Source of the DNA: an uncultured delta proteobacterium
GTDB lineage: Bacteria; Desulfobacterota; Binatia; UBA9968
Assembly: GCA_963804165.1 (NCBI GenBank)
Contig: CAWDPO010000024.1
Span: 1-64,000 of the forward strand
Length of the DNA stretch: 64,000 bases
Direction of reading: 5' to 3'
Part shown: one piece after another, positions 1 through 9,877 of the stretch
Layout: the number at the start of each line of letters is the position of its first letter
Numbering within the stretch: the first letter of the stretch is position 1
Translations under genes and position numbers: made by a program
Notes under the pieces: model-generated
Databases searched by the model: none
Seen by the model: only the letters and a program-made list of their open reading frames with translations
What the model was told of the DNA's origin: nothing

Positions 1-955
1 TTCGATTTCTTGAAGCAACGAAAGATCGACAAAACTCTCCGGCGACGTTTTCTTGGCCTGCGGCTGCCTTTCAGCCATTTCATCTATATGAATTTTATTC
101 CCTTGAGCGTAGGGTAGGGGATTTTTTCAGTTTTTCCGAGTAAACGGCATAGGCGTCGTCCAATAATTCTTTGTCATCTATGCGCAAATACTTTTTCATC
201 ACCCGAACGGAAAAATCCCGGTCCGTAATAAACCGGTGCAAACCCTCCGCATAGGCTTGGATAAAGGACCTTCACCACCGGCCGCCGTTCGCGCAGGTAT
301 TTAGTCGTGACCGTGACACAGGTCTGCTGCAGCTCCACGCCGAGCGCATTCAAATCAAAAAGCTCTCTCATGCCAAGTCTTTTGGCCCGACTGGTTTGCG
401 GAGGATTGGCAAATCCTGCTTGAATCGCCCCTCTCTCCATCGCCGTAACGATCTCAGGCAGGCCGCCCAACTGAACGATCGGCCACGTCTGTGTCTCGCT
501 TCAGGCCGAAACGTTGCAAGAAAAATTGACACTGCCGTGTCGCTCAAAGCGCCAAATCTGGATATCCCAAGATTTTTCCTTTAAGCTGCTCGGGGCTCTT
601 AATTTCCGGACGGGCATAGATCGAGCCAGCAAGCCTGTTCTGCACGCTCGCTATGATTCTCACGTCGGCCCCTGCTAAGATCGCCCCGGCAGTAGAGACG
701 CCAGTTACTTGAGCCAATTGAATTTCGCCCGCGATCAGCGCCTGGGTCGCTGCAACCGCAGGGATATAAATGAGCTCCGCTTCGATGCCGTACTTTGAGA
801 GGTAGCCGGCTTCTTTTGCCATCCAAGGAGCGACTTGACCTGCCGTTAAAGCCGCGTAGCCGAACTTGATGGGTTGAGCGAAGACCTCCGCGTGCTGAAC
901 ACATTACTCAGGGATAGCATCAGAGATTTGCGGAAACAGCGACGGGTCGTCTCAA
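1..955 (-). CDS. ABC transporter substrate-binding protein, NMT1/THI5/SsuA-like; frameshifted, runs off window start, start approximate
   Basis: Fragments 544..822 (AKEAGYLSKYGIEAELIYIP...IKSPEQLKGK) and 174..470 (GGLPEIVTAMERGAIQAG) plus a further frame (ELLDDAYAVYSEKLKKIPYP) join into one SBP. Confidence 0.75.
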
Positions 956-1088
956 TAGAAACAAGCTTCGGCTCTGGTCGACAATTTTCGAGGAGGCAAA
1001 TTGCCAAATTCGAGCAACGATCTGCGCGCGACCAAGAAATTCATTTCAAAATCCTCCTTTGTTACATTGCTTCACATTGGTCTGATCG

Positions 1089-2048
1089 CTACCGCGCCGT
1101 CATAATTCCAAGCTCCTTCTGCGCTTCTTTCAAGATTGACAGATCCGCGACTTCGCTCGGAGAAATCTCGCGCTCCACCTTGGCAAGCTTTTTCAGCTCT
1201 TCGATCACCAGGAGCAGTCCTTTTTCAGGCACGCTTCCGTCATCGTTAAAAAGCTTCAGAACGCTTTCATAGCCGGCTGTTGCCATCTCTTTATCGGACT
1301 TACTCCAATCGATCATTAGTTGAATCGTGCCCTCTCGGTTCTGACGGATATAACGGGTCGCCTTGATTCCCGCCTTGATCACGCGCGTAATCTCCTCCGG
1401 CTTTTCTTTGATCTTCTTAACGCTGGCTACTACGCCGCTGGTAGGATAACTGAAAAGTTCGTGGGCCCGCGCAAGCACGACAAACCCCATCTTCTTGCCA
1501 AGAAAATCTAAAGGAGGAGAGCCCATAGTGGCGGCGGTCAACCCCTGCTTCATAGCGGAAAAGCGGCGTTCGTTCGTGCCCAACGGAAGAAACTTTATCT
1601 CCTTGTCTGGATCGACGCCAAAATGCTTGAATGTTAACCTTGCCATGGACTCGAGAGCGCCGCCGGAGGTGTTAAGTCCAATGGACTTACCCCTGAGATC
1701 CGGAACAGACTTGAATTCAGGACGTGCGATGAGCGCGCTGGGGGAGCCGGGTACGTAACAGGCCAGGACTCTAAGCGGCGCTCCCTGGATCGCCGCCGCG
1801 ACCGAATTTCCAATGACCGTCCAGTAATCAAGTTCTCCGCTGACTAATGCGGCGAGTGCAACGGTGGGATTTATACGGATGATCTCACCTTGAAGACCAT
1901 CCTCTTTAAAGAAGCCGCGCTTTTCCGCCAAAGCGAGGGGAAGAAATTGGGCGTTGAATTCCGGAACGCCGATGCGGATTTTTTCAACCGCGAGGGCTGA
2001 AGTTTCGAGAACGACAATCGCGAGCAGGGCCAAAAGACTCTTCCTCAT
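1089..2048 (-). CDS. ABC transporter substrate-binding protein, NMT1/THI5/SsuA-like
   Basis: Signal peptide MRKSLLALLAIVVLETSALA; AEKRGFFKEDGL and DLRGKSIG motifs; AGGAGG RBS upstream of ATG at 2048. Confidence 0.85.
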   Translation of the reverse strand: MRKSLLALLAIVVLETSALAVEKIRIGVPEFNAQFLPLALAEKRGFFKEDGLQGEIIRINPTVALAALVSGELDYWTVIGNSVAAAIQGAPLRVLACYVPGSPSALIARPEFKSVPDLRGKSIGLNTSGGALESMARLTFKHFGVDPDKEIKFLPLGTNERRFSAMKQGLTAATMGSPPLDFLGKKMGFVVLARAHELFSYPTSGVVASVKKIKEKPEEITRVIKAGIKATRYIRQNREGTIQLMIDWSKSDKEMATAGYESVLKLFNDDGSVPEKGLLLVIEELKKLAKVEREISPSEVADLSILKEAQKELGIMTAR

Positions 2049-2139
2049 CGGAAACCTCCTGGCTACAGCTTCAATTCGCCTTGATCCCAGCTCCCGTTGC
2101 AAATGTCTTATTGGCGACAGGCCGAGTCTTGAACCACGC

Positions 2140-3693
2140 CTACTTAAACTCCGCCTTCTTGTTCAAGTAAAACTTCCGCATCGCCGGCCGGTATTTCTCC
2201 ATCATCTCTTTGTTCAAATCCAGCGGCGGCTTGGCGCCCGGCGGCAGCAGGGAAAAATATTTCGTTTCCTTCGTATCTTCTTCAAACTGTTTCTTCCCGG
2301 CGGCGCGAAGGTCAGGGGATGTGAGCAGGTCAAGAACAGAGGCAGCGATGACCTTTGCTCCAACGACCGCGCCCTTATGCGCGATCGACATCGTCGGAGT
2401 AATTCCCGCCGTCCAATGGTGCCCTTGCACTCCCGGCACGACGACGGGAAACCGAACAGTGGCCGTCGGTACAACCCAAGTAATATCTCCAATATCGTTT
2501 GAGGAACTGTTCTGTCTAGAGGCTCGTAGCGGCTCTGCTTTGGTTGGAAGACCTTCTTCCTTTTTCCCCAATGATTTCTGCAATTCCTTCGCGAATTTGT
2601 TTTCTTCATCCGTCCACTTCGGCATACCGACTATCTCGATATTTTTCTGAATCGCTTCGGCGATGACTTTGTTGCCAAGCGACGGCCACGCGGCGCCGAA
2701 CGGCTCCATTTCCATCGTGGTTCCCGTCATCAACGCCGCGCCACGCGCGATGTTGACTAGTTTATCGAAATTTTCCTTGGCCCAAGGACCGTTAGCGTCG
2801 CGAATAAACCACCAGATCTGGCCCATATCCGGGATGATGTTTGGTTGCACGCCGCCATGGGTGATCGTGCGGTGGCCGCGGTAAGTCGGTCGCAGATGCT
2901 CGCGCAGCTTGTCGAAGCCGATGTCCATTAGGACAACCGCATCGACGGCATCCTTCCCGTCCCAGGGGTTTACGCCGCCATGCGCAGTTCTGCCTTTGAA
3001 GGTGAACTTGGCACCGATCAAGGCATAATTCTGCAGGCCATATCCTGTAGCCGAGCCGTCGGCAACGTGCGTGAGGATCGCCGCATCGACGTCTTTGAAG
3101 TATCCGTCGCGCACAAGATAGGGCCGGCTCATCAACTGTTCTTCGGCCGGACCTATGGAAAGCACAATCGTGCCGGGGATCTTGAATTGCTCCATCGCCT
3201 TTTTGACGGCGAAGGCTGCGCCAATCCCAACGGCGCCCATGACGTTGTGACCTTCCATGTGGCCTGGGGCACCGTCGACGAGCGGCTTGCGCGGAATGCT
3301 TCCGGGAGTCTGTGAACCCTCCGGCAGCGCGTCCATCTCTGTCGCAATGGCGATCACGGGTTTTCCTGATCCCCATTTGGCCCACACGTTGGTGGGCATG
3401 CCGGCGCCGCCAAGCTCGACGGTAAAACCGGCGCGCTCCAAAGTTTCCTTGACGAATTTGGCGCTCTCATGCTCCTGCATCCCCGGTTCGGCGTAGTAGT
3501 AAAGCACGTCGCCGACGATCGCGATTTGTTCGGCGTTGCGATCAACGACTTCGAAGGCAACGCGCTTTGGATCGCTTGGGGAATCGGCGGTCGCCAGGGG
3601 AAAAATGAATGCGAGGATAGTAGCGGCAGCCAAAAAGGTAAGACAAAACTTTCTTGCGACAAGACTCCTCCGTAATAGATCTCTAAATAACAT
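2140..3693 (-). CDS. M20 amidohydrolase, AbgB (p-aminobenzoyl-glutamate hydrolase subunit B)-like, with export signal
   Basis: EMDALP, GHMEGHN, PAEE, GRTAHGG..PWDGKDAVDA, GGVQPNIIP and NDIGDITWVVPT motifs. Confidence 0.8.
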   Translation of the reverse strand: MLFRDLLRRSLVARKFCLTFLAAATILAFIFPLATADSPSDPKRVAFEVVDRNAEQIAIVGDVLYYYAEPGMQEHESAKFVKETLERAGFTVELGGAGMPTNVWAKWGSGKPVIAIATEMDALPEGSQTPGSIPRKPLVDGAPGHMEGHNVMGAVGIGAAFAVKKAMEQFKIPGTIVLSIGPAEEQLMSRPYLVRDGYFKDVDAAILTHVADGSATGYGLQNYALIGAKFTFKGRTAHGGVNPWDGKDAVDAVVLMDIGFDKLREHLRPTYRGHRTITHGGVQPNIIPDMGQIWWFIRDANGPWAKENFDKLVNIARGAALMTGTTMEMEPFGAAWPSLGNKVIAEAIQKNIEIVGMPKWTDEENKFAKELQKSLGKKEEGLPTKAEPLRASRQNSSSNDIGDITWVVPTATVRFPVVVPGVQGHHWTAGITPTMSIAHKGAVVGAKVIAASVLDLLTSPDLRAAGKKQFEEDTKETKYFSLLPPGAKPPLDLNKEMMEKYRPAMRKFYLNKKAEFK

Positions 3694-3771
3694 GGCAGTT
3701 TCTCCTCCAGTTACCGCGATTTATCATAATTTTGGGTGAATTTCGCAAGTAGGGCGAGTACGACCCCTTGG

Positions 3772-4141
3772 TGTCATTCTGAGCTTCAGCGAAGAATGCC
3801 TTCGTTCCAACCAACGCTGAGGTCGATCCACTTCGGATTCATGGACCCAATCAGTTCACTCTTTTTGTTCCGTCGCCAACCTTTGATTTGCTTTTCCCGC
3901 GTTATCGCAGCCTGAACATCACTGCTCTCTTTGAAATAAACAAGCATCGTTAGGTTGTAGCAAGCCGTGAAGCCAAGAAAGATTTTGTTCTTATGTTCGT
4001 AGACGCGGCGCTCGAGGTTGTTCGTAGCGCCGGTGTAAAGCGTACGAGAAGTATTGCTCATGATATAGACGTAATAGCGGTCGCGAGGCATGCCATGATC
4101 CAAAGAGCAGTCGAGACCCTTCGCTGGAGCTCAGGGTGACA
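3772..4141. repeat. Inverted pair of REP-like hairpins (3772-3797 and 4116-4141) bracketing the GIY-YIG gene
   Basis: TGTCATTCTGAGCTTCAGCGAAGAAT versus reverse complement of right arm TGTCACCCTGAGCTCCAGCGAAGGGT: 21/26 identical, 4 of 5 mismatches compensatory within each arm's stem. Confidence 0.85.
3786..4091 (-). CDS. Small stand-alone GIY-YIG nuclease family protein
   Basis: YYVYIM..LYTGATNNLERRVYEHK..AITREKQIKGWRR..NPKW motifs. Confidence 0.9.
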   Translation of the reverse strand: MPRDRYYVYIMSNTSRTLYTGATNNLERRVYEHKNKIFLGFTACYNLTMLVYFKESSDVQAAITREKQIKGWRRNKKSELIGSMNPKWIDLSVGWNEGILR

Positions 4142-4254
4142 GCTAATAGGAACTGTCACTTACCGCGATGACAAATCACTAACCGTCAAGGGAAGGACCG
4201 GACAAAACTAAAAGCCCGCAAAATTGAAATGGAGTCGCGAATCACTTCGTTACA

Positions 4255-4953
4255 CTATACAAAATTCCCATCTCTCATGTTGTAGACTTTTTTGAAATGC
4301 TCCACGGCCTTGGGATCGTGGCTCGCCATGATGACCGTTTTGCCGTACTTCTCGGCAAGGGAGAGAAAGAGCGCAGTAATCGTTTCGGTGTTTCCCGTGT
4401 CCAGATTGCCCGTCGGCTCGTCGGCGAGAATGAGCGCGGGATCATTGGCCAGCGACAGCGCCACGGCAACCCGTTGCTGCTCGCCGCCGCTCAGCTCCTC
4501 CGGCCGTTTGTTCGCTTTGGCGCCCAGGCCGACCATTTGCAGCAAGCCGTCGACGCGCTGTTTGCGTTGCGCCGCATCGACATCGGCGATCAGCATCGGC
4601 AGCTCCAAGTTTTCGCCCGCCGTGAGCGTCGGAATGAGATTGAAAAACTGAAAAACAAACCCGACTTTGTGAAGCCGGTATTTTTCCAGATCGCGCTCGG
4701 AAAGGGCCGCGAGCTTCTGGTCACCGACGAGAATGTCGCCGCCCGTCGCATGATCGACTCCGCCGAGAAGGTTGAGCAGCGTCGTCTTGCCGCAACCCGA
4801 CGGCCCCATCAATGCAACCGCCTCGCCCGGACCGATTTCCCAATCGACGCCCTTCAACGCCCGCACTTGTTCCGCGGAAGTTTCATAGGCCTTTGTCAGC
4901 TTGGCGACTTTGACCGGCACGCCGCGATTCTTGAAAAAACCGTTCTCCGCCAT
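4255..4953 (-). CDS. ABC ATP-binding protein, LolD/MacB (type VII) family
   Basis: GPSGCGKTT Walker A, VGFVFQFFNL, LSGGEQQRVAVA, ADEPTGNLD; GGAGGA RBS before ATG 4953. Confidence 0.9.
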   Translation of the reverse strand: MAENGFFKNRGVPVKVAKLTKAYETSAEQVRALKGVDWEIGPGEAVALMGPSGCGKTTLLNLLGGVDHATGGDILVGDQKLAALSERDLEKYRLHKVGFVFQFFNLIPTLTAGENLELPMLIADVDAAQRKQRVDGLLQMVGLGAKANKRPEELSGGEQQRVAVALSLANDPALILADEPTGNLDTGNTETITALFLSLAEKYGKTVIMASHDPKAVEHFKKVYNMRDGNFV

Positions 4954-4975
4954 GATGTCCTCCGAAGTCACAATG

Positions 4976-5050
4976 ATTGGAGTGATGGAATGTTGGAGTA
5001 CTGGAGTATTGCACTCGGTCCACCCATTACTCCACCATCCATTACTCCAT
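4976..5050. repeat. Intergenic inverted cluster of ~8-nt TGGAGTA-type units
   Basis: TTGGAGTGATGGAATGTTGGAGTACTGGAGTATT followed by complementary CATTACTCCACCATCCATTACTCCAT. Confidence 0.7.
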
Positions 5051-5055
5051 CTTCT

Positions 5056-8025
5056 CTATCCTTCCGTCATGCTCGTCCGCGCCGAGCGGCGGAATACCCA
5101 GAGACTAAACAGCAGCGCGATGGCCACGACCACCGCCAGCAGTCCGAGACTGATCCACACCGTCCAGTCGGAAATGACTAGATGCGTCGGCAGCAAGATG
5201 AACCACCGATTTCAGTTCGCGCAGACTCCAGATCAAGTTCGTCAGACCGAAACCGGCCGCGCCCGCGACCAGCAGACCGACCGCCAGCCCGAGCAATGCC
5301 GGCGCCAAGAGACTCGATGCGAAGAAGCGGAACAACTGCGCCGGTGATACGCCGCGCACGCGCAGAAGCCCGAGCGTGCGGCGGTCTTCCAAATAGTTCG
5401 TCAAGGCGATGGCGAGAATCGCGATCAACGCCAAGAAGCACGCCGCCGACGAGATAGATCCGCATGTTCTCCAGCGCAAGAAAGATAAACATGTCGCCGC
5501 CGACCTTCTTCAGCTCGCGCTTGAGCTCGCGCACTTCCAGCGGGCGAGATTTGAGCGTTTGCGACAGAGACTTCACAATCGGCGCTGAGCGTCGCCGTCC
5601 GGTTTCACGCGCACGAGCAAGAGAATGCGCGGAATCAGAACTTTAAGATTGGCGATTCGCGGGTTGTCCATCGTTCCGACGAGATAGGCGTCGGTGCTGG
5701 AAAGATAGTTCAAGATAATCGATGCGCGCCGAAACATAACTCTGGCGGTCGGAAATGCTGCGCGGCGGCATGCCGGGAAGAAAACCGATGATGCCGCTGG
5801 CCGGAACCAAAACCGGCTTTTTGCTCAGATCGGCGCCCAACAGCACCGGCTCGCCCGCGCTCAAGTTCCAAAACGCCGCCACCGGCGGCGACGCCGCGAT
5901 GGTTTGGCCTTTTAATTCCGTGATCACCTCGCTGAACTTCGCCGGTGACTCCGAGTTTTTCTTCGAAGATGGCGTTTTTCAAATAGCGCTGCGGATCGTC
6001 GATCAGATAAAGCGGCACGCCGCTGAGCCCGTATCCCGGAAAGAAAAAGCCGGGCAGGATCGCTTCGAAGATATACTCGGTCGGAAGTCACCGACGGGTG
6101 TCTGAAACGCCGCTAATCGTTCTTTCAAGGCGGTGCGGATCGCTTGCACCTGGCCGCCGAGTCCTTGCTCGAGTTGTTCCGCCGACACCAGATCGGTGGG
6201 ACTAATCGACACGTGCAGCTCGCTGCCGACTTGCACCGTGGCGCCGCGCAGCGCTTTGTCTTCGAAAGACTTGGACGCGATGCTCGGATACAAGCTCACG
6301 CTCGCCATCAGGCCGACGATCAGAAGAAAACTCGAAATCCGGTGCGGCTTGAGTGACATATGCTTGAGCGACAGCGCGCGCAGCTTGCCGCCGACGAAGT
6401 AAGTCACCGAGCTGAGCAGCCCGCTGATCAATTGGCGCTGCGCGACGAGCAGCGCGACCAGACCGTAAACGAAAAGCGGCAGCGCGATGAAATCGAGCGC
6501 CCGATCGAGCATGGTCGCGGCTTGAACAAATTGAGTCCACGCCGCGCTGTCTTCCTCGCCGGCGACGAGATGCGACGACAAACTGTAATCGACGATCCAG
6601 CCGATAATCTTGTAGGCGCCGATCACGAGCGCGAGCCATTCCAGCGCAGCCGAAACCGCTGCGCGCTTGGGTCAGTTCCGACACCGCCACGCGGCGCGAC
6701 GCCTCGAGCGGTGAGATCGTCGTCGCGTAACGAATCAACTTGCGGCTGATCAGCAGGACCAACACTAAACCGACGATCAAGAACAACAACATCAGCAGCG
6801 GTCCCTGGACGCGTGAGAGGGTAGTCCAAGACAGCACGCCGCCTTCGTAAACATACAAGCGGAATGAGCGTCCCCAGCGTGAGGCCGATGATGCCGCCAA
6901 TCAGCCCGCCAAGGCCGATCGAGATCAATAGGCTTTGGCCGAGCAGTTTTCCCGGCACGCCGCGCAGGCGCATGAGACCGAGCTTGCGCCGCTCATTGAG
7001 AATCAGCAGCGACGAAAGATTCGACGCGAGCATCCAGGCAATCGCGAGCAGAGGAATCGCGATCAGCAGCGTCGCCAGGCCGATCAGGCGGGAGATTTCC
7101 GCCATGCGTTTGAGCAACACCAGAATCGCATTGTCGACGAAGATCGTCGGCCCCAAGGATTTAGATTTCTGGTCAACTTCGGCGTTGAAGCTTCTCGAGA
7201 TTTGCCAGCGAACCTTGGATATCCCAACCCGAGATCAGCGCTTTCGATCGACGCGCGCCAGATGAACGACTTCCGGAAGATATTCTCCCGCGGTCACGTG
7301 AATATCGGTGTGATCGCCCAGCGCTCCGCGGGACAATGCATCGAAGCGCTGGAGCAGTTCGAAACTATGCGGCACGACGAGAATGACGCCGATATAGGGA
7401 ACAAAAGAAATCGAGCCGATCTCGTCCATGAAATAGCGATTCACTTCCGAACGTTCCAAACGCACGATGCCGCCAGCGCCATGTCAAAAACTCCGGCGCT
7501 GGTTTTTTTATGCTCGGAGTAAACTCGCACGGTAAAGCGGCGCGAGCCCTGGAGCGCCAAGAAAGCTTTTCCCATATGCTGCTCGGGACCCACCAGCGCA
7601 AGAAATGCGTTGTTGCCGTTGGCTGCCGTCGGCCGCGCTTCGGGCGGCAATAGCGAAACGTCGGTCGCCGACAGAACCGACACCCAAGGCGAGGCGAGCG
7701 GTTTGCCGTCGACCATCAGAATCGCTTCCGGGGGCGGTTTGGAGCGCAAGAAACTCAAGCTTTCGACCCGTTGAATGCCGGTGATTTTGCGCAGTTCGGG
7801 CGAGACTTCCGCGGAGATCGAAAAATCGGTGGTTTGATAGAGCGCGATGTCCCAGGACAAACGTGAGAGCTGGTCTTCGATATAGAGCTTCAGCGCGTAG
7901 TGGGACGCGAGATTGATCGCCGCCAATAAACCGGCGACTAAGAGAGTGACAATCCCAAAAGCAAAGAAAGCTCTTTTGCCAAGGATCTGTGCGAGTCGGA
8001 CGTGGAGGCTGGTCACGTTTTCCAT
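5056..8025 (-). CDS. Large (~990 aa) FtsX/MacB-like ABC permease, broken by multiple frameshifts
   Basis: Successive same-strand fragments (7441..8025, 7235..7465, 6623..7156, 6003..6626, 5643..6018, 5105..5576) with two FtsX signatures (ERRKLGLMRLRG; DRRTLGLLRVRG) and TM segments; stop at 5056. Confidence 0.75.
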
Positions 8026-8088
8026 TTTGGATTTTAGATTTTGGATTTGAGATCGACGATCAGAATCCGAATTCCGAAATCTAAAATC
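8024..8088. repeat. Intergenic inverted cluster of 7-nt ATTTT(A/G)G units
   Basis: ATTTTGGATTTTAGATTTTGGATTTGAGAT ... AATCCGAATTCCGAAATCTAAAATC. Confidence 0.7.
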
Positions 8089-8118
8089 GCTTGTCCTTTC
8101 AACGGGAAATTGCCAATG

Positions 8119-9818
8119 CTATTTTTTTGGTTTCGGCGATGGATAAAAATACTCGAAGGTGCCGGTCATCGATCTTCCGCATCACTTCGCTAAAAGTTTT
8201 CCACGGATCTTTCGCGTAGTCCTGGAACTTTCCCGGCGCGTTGATTCCGGGAATGTACGGCGACCAATCGTCGCTCAGCACTTCGTCAGGATTGCCGTAG
8301 CGCGACGCCAGAGCGCGGATCTCCGGGCTCTTGAGCGCGTTGACTTCGCCTTTGTCGATCAAGGTAAGCCAGCTGTTTTTGGTGCCGCGTACTCTCACGC
8401 GATAAGTCGGCAGCGTGTTATGGATATGCCACCAGTGATCGTTGGGCACTCCATGTTGCTTGGCGAAATCCATCCATTCCTTGGACTCCGTCGCTTTGTC
8501 CGGTCCATGATCGAGACGAAGACCGAAACCCCAATGAATCACGCCGGCGTTGTTGCGTTCGGAGCCATTGGTCCCTTCCATATTCTCATCCGGCCGCCGG
8601 AAAAACTTCGGATTGGTGCCCATGCCTGCTTCGTAAATCCACCAGTAACCGGGCTGGTCGTGAAACGGATAGGTGAGCTCGTTGATCTTCGGATATTTGA
8701 GAAACTCGCGCCACAGTTCACCGTATAAGCCGCCGCCTTTGACTTCCTTTACATAGCCGTCCTTCACGTGCACTTCGATCCTCGGATAGGAACCGGTGTG
8801 ATTGCTCGTGCCGGCGAAGACGCCATTCACTTTGACCAAATAACGCGCGTTATATTTCTTGGTGAACGCCGGATAATCAACGGAGGAATACGGAAAGCGG
8901 CCCGTCGCCTGATGCGGAAACATGAACAGGTGACCCTGCTGATAGGCTCCTTCCGCCCATGCTTGGGCCTGCTTTTCATCGAGCTCAAAGGAAAAATTAG
9001 TTCCTTCCGGGTCGTTCACTTCGACCCGATCTGCCCACGCAAGCGGCTCGACGACGCGTTCCTCCGCCAGGCGCCAGATATCGCCGGGAAAAGTCGCCGC
9101 CTTGTTCATCAGCTCATAGCGGTTATCGAAGATAAAGTTGCCGATAAAATTTATTGCCATGGGGTTCGATCGACTTGCGCGTCACGGTGCGGCCGCCGCG
9201 CCGCCAGAAAATCGCGTTCACTTCTTTGTGCTGATCGAGATATTTGACGATCGCTTCGGCGACGCTTTTGCCGCCGAAGCGCCGGCCCAGATCGATGAGC
9301 TCCTGCGCGCTATCTTCTTCGCGCTGAAACACCGCCTTGTAAAGATCCGGCCGCCGCTCCTTGAGCCACTTCTTGGGAACTTCGGCGTCGCCGAAACGCT
9401 GTAAAATCCAGGCGCGCATTTCCATGTAGCCCTGCTCCGAGGTGAACCAGCGATTGGCTTTCACCGCTTTCATCGCTTCTTCCTTGCTCACACCGAGCAG
9501 TTGATGCTCAGGAACGATCTGGATTTTTACGCCGCGCTCTTCATAGGCGCGCTTGATCGCTTGCAGGATCATCTCCTCGGCCATCGGCTCGGTGAAGATC
9601 GCAACCGTCTGACCTTTTTCGACCAATCCCAACGGGGTCCTGCCGCCGGTCTGGCGCACCGCCGCGCGCGCAAAAGGCATCACATCTTCGATGGATTTGG
9701 GCGGCCTAACGTAAGATGGAAAGCGCGGTGCGGGATATTTGCCCTTCTCCTGCGCGGCGCCGAAACCGGCGAGCAAGAATAATGATAGCGCGACCAACGC
9801 AATTTTAGAGGCGAGCAT
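8119..9818 (-). CDS. Secreted hypothetical protein, paralogue C (M29 aminopeptidase/NicX-like fold, inferred); frameshifted near 9150-9175 and 8167
   Basis: ORFs 9123..9869 and 8099..9160 together align end to end with the two upstream paralogues; alternative frame gives ...GTFEYFYPSPKPKK* ending at 8119; signal peptide MLASKIALVALSLFLLAGFGAA. Confidence 0.75.
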
Positions 9819-9830
9819 ATCTCCTCCACC

Positions 9831-9859
9831 TTGAACGCTTGAACGTTTGAACATTGAAC
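9831..9859 (-). repeat. GTTCAA 7-8 nt tandem mini-repeat (4 units)
   Basis: TTGAACGCTTGAACGTTTGAACATTGAAC on + strand, just upstream of the paralogue C RBS. Confidence 0.75.
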
Positions 9860-9877
9860 AAGGTTGCACGCGCAGCG

